DNA of 20,000 nucleotides, from the NCBI GenBank assembly GCA_030167865.1, contig JALAGF010000679.1, positions 45,052 to 65,051 on the forward strand, read 5' to 3'. Below, one piece after another: positions 10,152 to 19,189 of this stretch. The notes under the pieces are model-generated. The model worked only from the letters and a program-made list of their open reading frames with translations. It was not told the origin of the DNA and did not search any database. The stretch is from Craspedostauros australis. Lineage: Eukaryota. Position 1 is the stretch's first letter. Every line of letters begins with the position of its first letter. The position numbers and the translations under genes are program-made.

Positions 10152-10778
10152 ATGGCAATCAATCACTACGATGAGATGGACGAAGAGACGGCGGACGACA
10201 TTATGGTATTCCTCGAGCTATGGAGGCAGTACAATCCGCGCAGACTTTTCGATGGCGTGAAGAACCACCGACATCAAGCCGCGTTGCAGTTGGCGAGCCA
10301 AAATGGACTTTTGGAAGTGATGAAATGCTTGGTGGAATGGGACGAAACCAGCGTCGACATGCACACAATCAGCAGCACCTGGCAATACGCTGCACTCCAA
10401 GAAGCAAGCCAAAGGGGTCATCTGGAAGTTGTGGAATGCTTGATAGAATCACGCAGTGCTCGCGCCACAATTCGGAACAACACGAATCAAACTTCAGAGC
10501 AACATTCGCGCGAACATCCCAGCTGCGACAACCATACCCACGCGACGACGTCTTTGAGAGCGTGTGGTAGAGTTGAAGGCTGGCAAGGTCAATGCGCCAC
10601 CGCCATAGCAAATCAAAGAGTCAGATGGGCCAAGATGGTCTCAACTGAGATGGACCCCCAGACTCCTCATCAGCAGACTTGCGTTGGTGAGTTGCGTGCG
10701 ACGGCTGACGAGATGTGGCGTTCTTGGACATGCACACGACAGTTGAGGAAGACGCGACTTGCGCAGAGAAAGCCGTAG
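10152..10778 (+). pseudogene. Degenerate ankyrin-repeat ORF (two repeats); fragment or pseudogene
   Basis: AALQLASQNGLLEVMKCLVE and AALQEASQRGHLEVVECLIE (about 10279-10450) match the ankyrin consensus; sequence after about 10500 is unrecognisable. Could be a real short gene. Confidence 0.55.
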
Positions 10779-11199
10779 GGCCTTGCTCATTGGTAATAGC
10801 TCGTGAGTCCGAGCAAGTGGTCTCTGTCTCTCTCTCGAAAGTGCATGCGGTAATAGTGCGACCGCGGCTGTTGCGGAGAATTGAGGGGCTTTGTGTTTGT
10901 CGGCGTCGCCAGAATCACAAATGTCACCGTCGATACCTCCATTCGTTGGAGTGCGTGATTCATTTCTGTTCTTTGACCGAACACGTACTTATTTAGTATC
11001 TTTTTACTATGACCATCCAAACCGGGATTTCACGGCACGCCGTCCAAGTTTGTGACAGCCGGGAGAGCCTCCAATGACATTTCCACCTTGCCGTTCATTT
11101 TTTGGCAGACGGGAGAACTGTTTCCGGAGGGACTAAATCCCACCAAGCCACAAATTCCATGACAAAGGTGACAGATGAAAGAGGACGAAAACAGTCAAA

Positions 11200-11214
11200 A
11201 GAGAGAGAGAGAGA
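11200..11214. repeat. (AG)n microsatellite
   Basis: agagagagagagagg run. Confidence 0.65.
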
Positions 11215-12297
11215 GGAAGCCAGGGGGAGCGGATCTATCCTACGAGTGCGAGCAACCAGTGTGTGAGGAGTACCACGCGTATGCACCCACGAAGAAATGA
11301 GACGGAAAGAGAATGGCAGAGGGGGGCTTTGTGCACCCAGATCACGCAGAGTTCAGCAAATGACCAAGGGGGGAGGCAAAAGAACGACGAGATGATTCTG
11401 CGTCAACGATGAAGGAATGGGGCATCCGATCATCGGAGGCACGATCGCATCTACCGGCCGCATTTGGCCCCGACAATGATGCAAAGATGACGATAGTTGT
11501 CGTGTAGGAGCACTCGTATTCATGTGTATTTGGAGCAGAGAGTGGCGTGTGTTTCATGAGAATGCGAAAGATACCGCAAGTGCCAACGGTAGTGCAAGAA
11601 GCGGCACAACCAGGAACGAGGGCATCATTTTTGTTCGCTGTCTGCAGGACGTGCTCTCCTCCCCGCGCGGTGTTTGAGTGCCTCATGCTGCATACTCGTT
11701 TGTGTAGTGTTGTGAAGATCCGAGCCGTGGCACCCAGTACGAGCCAAGAGAGGAGGCGTTCTTCGTTTCGACTGCGATTTCGTTTTGGTCTTCGCCGATT
11801 GCTTAGATTTCGAGTGCGCGTACGAGTGCAGTAGCGACAGCAGGCCTCTCGGAGCGGAATTATGCTTGGCTTTGTGCATGCGTGCGCGCGTTGACGGCTC
11901 ATTTGTCATGCTTTGCTGGAGAGTGCATCGCATGATGCTGCATGCCTCTGTTTGCAAGTTGGATTGTGAGCACGAGTATGATATGCCAAAGCAAGGGAAT
12001 TGGTTGTTCGGTTCATGAATATCTACAATCTGTGCTCTTACTGCTTTACTCTACATATAATCGATTGGGACCTGACTTGCAATGTTGCAGCTGCTGGTAC
12101 TTGTGCTGATGACATGGATATGGACATGGCTGCAAGGAGAGCACTTGTGATTATGCACAGTGTTGCTGGTGATATGATATGATACATGTTGAGACTGATG
12201 TTGTGTGCGCGGTGGTATATGCACGGGGGACGACAAATGCCTAACGTTGTCATTGTCGTCGTCGTCGTGATTTCTACGGGCGTTGGTCATGGGCCGA

Positions 12298-13788
12298 TCA
12301 GGCTGCCATGGTTCCCAAGAAAGATGGGTGTTGCTGATGGTAGGCATGCTGGTATTGCCCAGTTACATGCATGTTGATGTTGACGTTGTTGTTGCTATAC
12401 ACGTCGTCAACATCCTTTGCATCGTCATCAGTATCATCATCATCATCGTCGTCGTCCGTGAGATGGGGGAATGATGGGAAGTCTTGGACCGCCGCGGTGG
12501 ACATAGGATCCTCTTCATTCATGAGGAAGAATTGGCATCCCTCGAATGACACCGGGTCGTTGATGGGCTTGAATTCATCGTCGGACAGGTCATCCGGGTC
12601 GATGATGGAGTTCGCGGAAGTGATCGTTGCCAACGTGGATGTGACGGAGTCGATCATCATTGGGACGGTGTTGGAGGTGTTATCGGAGGTTGGTGTCCAT
12701 GGCAGGTCTGGAACTTGGGTCAAGGACTGGACGATGTCATGGAAGCTCAGGCATTCGTTGGGTTCTGCCGAGAGCGTCAGATCCTTGCTCATCATCATAA
12801 GCGATGGAACAGAGGTTGTGGATGCCGAAACATCTTGCGTTGGGTATGATGGTAGTCTGTGCTTGTGCTGCGACTGTTGTTGTTGCTGCTTTGGTTGCTG
12901 CTTCTGCTTGGTGTCAGCAGGAATGAGAGACGGCCTTGATCTTGAGCTGGGTGAAGCTCGTGGGCGGCTCTTGAGACCATTCAAGGTAGTGCCTGTGGCC
13001 TTGAAGGACGACAGCTTCGATGTTGCCTTTGTGACAGCGGCCGCAGCTCCAGTCGATGATCTTGGCTTTCTTGGCACCTTGGAAGAGAGGATGGTATTGG
13101 TGGTGGTGCTGGCGATGCTGGTTGTAGTGGTGACGGCAGCGTCGGGGGCAGGTGCTTGGCTTGCGAAATCTGGCACGGCAGCATCGCTGTCGGCGCCTGA
13201 CGATGTGCCTTCCTTCTTGGCATGATTCTGCCGGGACATTTGCTGGCATCTCATGCGATCATTCTTGGTGAAGGAGGTGTGCCAATAGGCGCCCTTGTCT
13301 GGATGGGAGCTCTTGGTGATGCGTTTGAAGCCCCAGAGGTTGAGCTGTCGCTGGAACGACTTGTACTTCGTCTGCTTGAAGTGCTTGTGCATGATGGTGG
13401 CGACGAAGGCCTTGCTGTTGTGGACCCTGAATGCGCGACCATGCGGCAGCCACGAGACGATGGAGTCGAGTCCCTTGCTCTCGCAATCCGCCAGCATGTC
13501 AAACAGCTTCCATGGGAACAATGTGTTGCCCTGCTGTCTTGCGCTGTTGTTGCTGCTGCTGCTGCTGTTGATGCTCACGGCACTGCCCGTGCTGCTTCGG
13601 CGGGAAGACGATCTGCCTCTGCCTGGGCTTCCAGTCGTGGAGACCACACGAGCCACCTTCGTGGGCATTGCCGGGGTCATTGTCGTGCTCACCGAGTGGG
13701 GAGCATTGTCGGAAGAGAACGCGGCTGCTTTTGTTGGCACCGTCGTTGACACCGCCTTCGACGGCTTCGAGGATGATTGGCAAACCAT
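12298..13788 (-). CDS. Heat shock transcription factor (HSF DNA-binding domain), single exon, 496 aa
   Basis: FPWKLFDML..IVSWLPHGRAFRVH..FKQTKYKSFQRQLNLWGFKRI..DKGAYWH..F is the HSF DBD signature; flanks are Ser/Thr/Gln-rich with an acidic C-terminus. Confidence 0.95.
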   Translation of the reverse strand: MVCQSSSKPSKAVSTTVPTKAAAFSSDNAPHSVSTTMTPAMPTKVARVVSTTGSPGRGRSSSRRSSTGSAVSINSSSSSNNSARQQGNTLFPWKLFDMLADCESKGLDSIVSWLPHGRAFRVHNSKAFVATIMHKHFKQTKYKSFQRQLNLWGFKRITKSSHPDKGAYWHTSFTKNDRMRCQQMSRQNHAKKEGTSSGADSDAAVPDFASQAPAPDAAVTTTTSIASTTTNTILSSKVPRKPRSSTGAAAAVTKATSKLSSFKATGTTLNGLKSRPRASPSSRSRPSLIPADTKQKQQPKQQQQQSQHKHRLPSYPTQDVSASTTSVPSLMMMSKDLTLSAEPNECLSFHDIVQSLTQVPDLPWTPTSDNTSNTVPMMIDSVTSTLATITSANSIIDPDDLSDDEFKPINDPVSFEGCQFFLMNEEDPMSTAAVQDFPSFPHLTDDDDDDDDTDDDAKDVDDVYSNNNVNINMHVTGQYQHAYHQQHPSFLGTMAA

Positions 13789-15619
13789 GATGGTGGATGT
13801 CGAACTCTACGTGCGCTGTCTTTGGATGAATAATGAGGTGCGTCCGACTGTGTGTTGGTTTATGATGAAGGTCGGATGGGAAGGGAAGAGATGAGGGGCG
13901 GAAGTGATCGATGGATGTGTTTGTTTGCTTTGTGGGAAGATCTTTGCGAGGGTTTGGATGATTATGTCAACGTGCGCCCTTCTTTGTGTTGTGGTGGAGA
14001 GTGTGCGAGCAGAGTAGCAGAGTCGTACTAATACTGCGCGAACAGAGTGGCAGGGTGGAGCATGCAGAGTAATCGTAAAGTATCACCGTCTGGGTGTTTG
14101 TGATTGTGCCGTCGTTTGGTTTTGTATCAATGGGATGAGCAACAAAATGAAACACCACAAGAGAGCTGACGCATCGTACGAGTCGCACGAGGTGAGTACT
14201 CACTCCGTTGGTCTTGGTGCGTGGGTACTCTCTGGCACTGCGGTGCAAATGCGCGCGAACAGAGAGAACAGAGGGCCACCTTCTTCCGTGCAAGATGTTG
14301 GGAGGAAGTGTGTCGTGATCGTTGTCGCCGTCATCTTCCGTTTGCTCGTTCGTGTGTGTTCGTGTGCGCGTGGGTCTTGGTGCGCGCCTTTGCGTGTGTT
14401 GCATTTGTGCCTTGGGTAGTTGAGTGGTTGGGGAACGACACGCCCTCCCTGTCCGACTTTTCGGCTTGTCCAAAGCGAGGATGACGCCGACAGAAGGACA
14501 ACGGCCAAATGATTTGTGTCCAAGGTGATGTCATGTCGGCGCGGTAGCCTTCTGCTGCGTGCAGATGAGTGACATTTGTCTGAGTGATGGGGTTGGGTCA
14601 TGGGCAGATGGCGAAAACGAGAACGTCTTCCTGCCTCCCGAAGATGCACTCTTTGGAGGCGCACAAAGATACGTGTTCGCACACACACCGAACGAAACAG
14701 ACAAGTGTCACATGGTCGTTGAACAGACACAACAGACAAGGGCTGGCGTGACACAGTGCCGCGCTCATGACAAAGTGAGAAATTTCGGTGGGCGATTTTC
14801 CCATGCTCGTGATTTCCACTCCTAAATCGAGACTGCGTGTCTCGTGTCTCACCTCTTGTTCCTCATCAAGTCGCGCCCAATACGTCTCTGCTCAAAGCAC
14901 TCGTGCCACTCGCGAGCAGCTGCCTCAGAGGGAAATGCACCACCTTCTTCAACCATGTTCTGTTCCTTTGAGCTCATGTCAACGAATCAGAATCGAGTGT
15001 CACGACAGTTCTCTTTCCACCTGACGCGTTTGACAACGACTGCCTCTACATCCACGTCACCGAACCTCTGCGACGAAAGGCTCCAAAGAGTCTCTCCCAT
15101 GGCGCACCGGAAAGAACATGAGCACAACCACCAACACGAGCACAGATCGTACCACGCGAAAAGGGATCACACCTATGACGAGCATTGGTTGGAGATGAGG
15201 TTCGATTACGAGACAACACAACACATCACAAATGTTACTCCACTCCGCCCCGTTCTATTCTTCCGGTCGGACAAGAGTATCGGCAGATTGGGAGAGTGGC
15301 CATGGGAGATATCTCGACATGTTACTATTGGTATTGCAATGACACGAAGAACAGGCAGAGCAGGAGTACTGCCCTCGGCTCCATTCCTCCAAAGTGTTGT
15401 CGACGGTGTTGTTGTGGAATGCCTCGATGCCGATGATGATGTTGCCGTGCAGCCCACAACCGCACCGCACCATACGTGCACGTACGCGCACTCGCAACCA
15501 GTGAACGACGCAGATCCACGAATAACAAGCGAATTCATCGGATGGATCCAGCTACCGGCAATTCTCACAAGCCCTAACGCCTGCTACATTCTCGCACAAT
15601 CCACGTGAGCTCGAGCGCC

Positions 15620-17752
15620 TCAAGTCTCCATCGCATCGCTCTTGCCGCTGTTGACCCCGTCAATCTTCGTTGCGTCCTTCCCATCAGCTTGCCCTCGCTT
15701 CTCCTCCTGCTTGTCGTCCATCGCCATCTCCTGTGGCTTCTGCTCCTGTTCTGGCTGCCTGTACGCTTCCATGGCATCCTCCAGATCCGACACGTTGAGG
15801 TTGCGCTTCTTGCGTTCCGCGTACACGTCCTTGACATGCTGCTCCAAATGGCTGGCGTACGAATCCTGCAAGACCTGCGCCTCCGTGCGCACCAAATCTT
15901 GGAACGTCTGCAAGAGATCCGGTTTGCGGAATGGCTTCTCCTTCTGCGACTTGGTCAGCGCCTCATCCACGGTGATGGGCGGCTTGATGTACTCGCTGAT
16001 AGGCTTCATCTTGATCCCCGTCGGCAGTTTGCGTGGTTGGCACACGAAGTGAGGACCTGGATTGAACTTAACGGTCGCGCCCATGTAGAGGGAGATGGCG
16101 GGATAGTAGACGCCGGAGGGAACATCGAACGCGACGCCGCCCTGCGTCTTGCCCTTCGAAATGACGAACTGTCCCATGGGTGCGCCATTCTTGAAGAACC
16201 GAATGTGGTTCGCTTTTCCCGTCATGGTCGCAACTGTGCTTCCGTTGGTTCCGGTCGCGGTGGTATCGCCAGGACCGCCATCCCCGCCTGCCTGCGATGA
16301 ACTCGTGGGTCCACCGTAACCAGGCATGCCTCTCGCGCTGCTGAAATTCCTAGCGCTACCGCCGGTGGTGCGCGGACCTCGGCCGGACAGCATGTCCGCT
16401 GAATCCTTCTCGTTGACGAGGCAGATTGCGCAACCAATGACGTCGCCAGGACCGAACTCCTCCCCACCCCAATGATCCTCGCGATGGCTGCAATGGATCT
16501 TGGAACCTCCGATGTCGCGAATTCCAAAGCTCCACTTGTCGTACCCAACAGGAGCCTGCAAATCGCCAGTGCGCATGCTGAAGCCCAGACGGACGTGGCC
16601 ACCAAAGGTTGGACTGGATGGGGTCTTCACACCCTCCTTCTCATCCCTCAACGCCTGCTGAATTTGCGCCTGCAGGTTCTTGCCCAGCCGCGCGTTCGAT
16701 GGCAGGCCGGCCACGATCTCAGATATGGGAGGCGGGTCGAGGATGATGGCCTCGTAGTAGTAGTGGCCTGCTGACACCCCGTGCGTGGCACGCGTCATGC
16801 GGTACCCCCGCATGCCACCCTTGACATGCAACCGACGATCGTCCACCAGCTTGAGCTGCGGTGCAGAGTCCGTCTTGGAGAGATGCATGTGGGGCGGACA
16901 CTCCTGTACGGCCTTCACCGCTGCCTGTCGCACCTGCTCCTTCGTGGGCAGGGATGGAGATCCGCCTGAGCCGGATGATTGGTTGGCGGACGTGATTGTC
17001 GCAGCCGTCAGCAACGAATGCAATCCGCTCAGTCCCATCGAGAAGCACAGCTGGGCTGCGGCTGCCGCGGAAGCCGCAGACACAACCTGCTGCTGCATTC
17101 CAGCAACATCCGGACTTCGAGCTCGCTTCTTGTTTGCCTTTGTTTGCGCTGCGGATGGCACAGAGGCTGGAATTGGTGCCGGCACTGCGTCCGCAAGCTC
17201 CGCCTCCGTCTCATGGTCAATATCAGCCTCTGCTGCGGGCGCATTCGTAGCCGCAGGTGCGGTGGAATCTGCGGCTGGTTCTGCAGCTGACGGCGGTGGT
17301 TCGGTCGCCGATGGCGTTGTCGCCTTGTCTGCCTCCGTTTCTTTGGATTCAGCATCTGGAGCTGGTTTAGACTCAGCCTTGGCGTCTGTGGTTGCGGATG
17401 TAGCATCACCGCCAGCTTCAACCACGGCTGAGGCCTTCTTGGTCTCTGGTGAGGACCTTTCCGCCATCGGGACATCGTCAGATGCTTTGGCGGAGGCGGA
17501 ATCCGTTGGCTTTTCAGGAGACGACGCGGCTGCCTCGGCATTGGCGGGTGCTTCGCTTGACGCGGGCATCTCCTCCGTCTCCATTGCACTCATGGTTGCC
17601 TCGTCTTTGTCTTGGATTCCTCCAATCTTGTTGACGTCGCTGTTGTGCAATACTCGGGATCCTTTGGATGTTGTCAGTGCTGTCAGTGCTGTCCTCTGGT
17701 GTGTGGTGATTGGCTGTTGTGGTGGTTGGCCGTTGTGGCGTTTTGGATTCAT
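15620..17752 (-). CDS. ASH2L: COMPASS/Set1C subunit ASH2L/Bre2/TRAUCO-like SPRY-domain protein
   Basis: HLSKTDSAPQLKL..GYRMTRATHGV..GHYYYEA..GHVRLG..DLQAPVGYDKWSFGIRD..GPGDVIGCAI..IRFFKNG..GVYYPAISLYMGATVKFNPGPHF. Long Ala/Glu/Pro-rich N-terminus with KKRAR NLS-like motif; true start may be ATG 17593. Confidence 0.88.
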   Translation of the reverse strand: MNPKRHNGQPPQQPITTHQRTALTALTTSKGSRVLHNSDVNKIGGIQDKDEATMSAMETEEMPASSEAPANAEAAASSPEKPTDSASAKASDDVPMAERSSPETKKASAVVEAGGDATSATTDAKAESKPAPDAESKETEADKATTPSATEPPPSAAEPAADSTAPAATNAPAAEADIDHETEAELADAVPAPIPASVPSAAQTKANKKRARSPDVAGMQQQVVSAASAAAAAQLCFSMGLSGLHSLLTAATITSANQSSGSGGSPSLPTKEQVRQAAVKAVQECPPHMHLSKTDSAPQLKLVDDRRLHVKGGMRGYRMTRATHGVSAGHYYYEAIILDPPPISEIVAGLPSNARLGKNLQAQIQQALRDEKEGVKTPSSPTFGGHVRLGFSMRTGDLQAPVGYDKWSFGIRDIGGSKIHCSHREDHWGGEEFGPGDVIGCAICLVNEKDSADMLSGRGPRTTGGSARNFSSARGMPGYGGPTSSSQAGGDGGPGDTTATGTNGSTVATMTGKANHIRFFKNGAPMGQFVISKGKTQGGVAFDVPSGVYYPAISLYMGATVKFNPGPHFVCQPRKLPTGIKMKPISEYIKPPITVDEALTKSQKEKPFRKPDLLQTFQDLVRTEAQVLQDSYASHLEQHVKDVYAERKKRNLNVSDLEDAMEAYRQPEQEQKPQEMAMDDKQEEKRGQADGKDATKIDGVNSGKSDAMET

Positions 17753-18316
17753 CCTTTGTTTGTGATGATGGGAGCGTTGTGTTTAGCAGTTCGTCTAATT
17801 CTGAAAAGATGAATTACTTGAGAACTCACTTGTACTGACATTGTACGTACGATTATACACTGAAAAATGAACCATATTAATCTACAAAATGGAATCTCTA
17901 ATTTATCGAAACTGTAATCTTGTCGGCAACGCCGAAGAGCGGAAAGAAGAAAGTTGAATAGGAGATAGAATATAATAGAATACCAAAGATGGCAATGGTA
18001 TGAGCGCGAGTGTGGATAGAGATGATTGAGGAGCGTTAGTTGCAGTGGCTAGATACAGTCATCCATCGTCCATCGTCCATGGTGAGATAGGGAACATGTA
18101 GCGACCGTAAAGTGCTCAGATATGCTTGAATAAAATTGGTTTGATCGCTCAAGGAGAGCTTGCGCTCTCTTGCGATTGTGTAAGGTGATAATGCTTTTCC
18201 TCATCGTACTCGTACGAATGTCCCTTCTCTCTACCATGCTCGTGCCATGCGCGAGTTGGCATGGGATATTACTGCGTACCTTGTTGTTCAAGTGAAAGAA
18301 AGGTAATCGGTCGTTC

Positions 18317-19189
18317 TCACTCGATGACGGTGGGTGGCTTGCGTTCCTTCTCACGGAACTGCTTGTGCGCTTCATCCCAGGCCTGCAGGAATGCCTTGGA
18401 TCTGTCAGTGTCGCCACTGGCATCGCTCTTGCCATCCGTGGCAGACGGGCGCGGATCGATCTCATCAAATTGCAGAAACGGGCGTTTCCACCAAATGAAC
18501 ATCCCGTGCATCGGAACTGCCTTGTACACCGTGAACATGAGAAACCGGCGCACGGCATCTGAGGAACGCTCGACGATCCATTCCACATCCTCCTCATCTT
18601 GCGCGAAATGTGCCGGGTGCGGCAATTCGTCACTGAACCACAGCACGTCGGCCTTGTGGATCTTCAAGGACGGTTTCATGGAGCCGACGCCATGAAATCG
18701 ATCCGCAAAGGCGAGGATGCCATGGTCGGAAATCTTGAATTTGCTAGAAGGCACCGTGGTTGCGTCTTCCTTGATTTCGAACCGCATCGTGACGGAATAC
18801 CGATCCTGGCTCCAGTACAGTGTATCCCCCGATTTCGTCGTCAGCTTACCGCCATGATCTGTCCATTTGATCTCGTCCTTATCGATGCCAGCTTCCTTGG
18901 TTTGGCTGGTGGCTCCTCGTCCCGAAGCTGGCTTCAACGGGCCTTCTCCAATTTCTTCAATCTTTGGCTGCGCTCCTGACGATTTGGTGGCTTTCGGAGG
19001 CGCAGCCATGGGTTGCACCGTCGCCCCTTGCTTCCCACCACCGAATGTCACGCTGCTTGGGGCATCCAGTCTCGTCACTTGCGGAGTCGGTGCGCCGCCG
19101 TCGTTGTCATGGTCGCCACCATCATCGTCATCGCTGCTGCTGCTGTACTCGTCGAGCTTGTCCCATTTGGAGTAGTCGATGCCGGGCAT
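18317..19189 (-). CDS. CS (p23/NudC-like) domain co-chaperone-like protein with Cdc37-like N-terminal motif
   Basis: ATG at 19189; MPGIDYSKWDKLDEYSSSSDDDD N-terminus; YWSQDRYSVTMRF ... ELPHP ... DVEW ... FTVYKA ... WWKRPF..EIDP..FLQAWDEAHKQF resembles a CS domain plus NudC-like tail. Confidence 0.78.
   Translation of the reverse strand: MPGIDYSKWDKLDEYSSSSDDDDGGDHDNDGGAPTPQVTRLDAPSSVTFGGGKQGATVQPMAAPPKATKSSGAQPKIEEIGEGPLKPASGRGATSQTKEAGIDKDEIKWTDHGGKLTTKSGDTLYWSQDRYSVTMRFEIKEDATTVPSSKFKISDHGILAFADRFHGVGSMKPSLKIHKADVLWFSDELPHPAHFAQDEEDVEWIVERSSDAVRRFLMFTVYKAVPMHGMFIWWKRPFLQFDEIDPRPSATDGKSDASGDTDRSKAFLQAWDEAHKQFREKERKPPTVIE

Noticed and set aside
11554..11556. Selenocysteine read-through of the TGA
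   Set aside because: Falls in a targeting-peptide-like context with no redox motif, and no SECIS was recognised
12371..13894. Plus-strand ORFs overlapping the HSF
   Set aside because: Antisense shadows of low-complexity coding sequence
14778..14787. Two-unit HSE (AGAAATTTCG) upstream of HSF as an autoregulatory site
   Set aside because: Only two nGAAn units; expected by chance
15605..17765. Plus-strand ORFs 15605-16300 and 16785-17765
   Set aside because: Antisense shadows of the ASH2-like CDS
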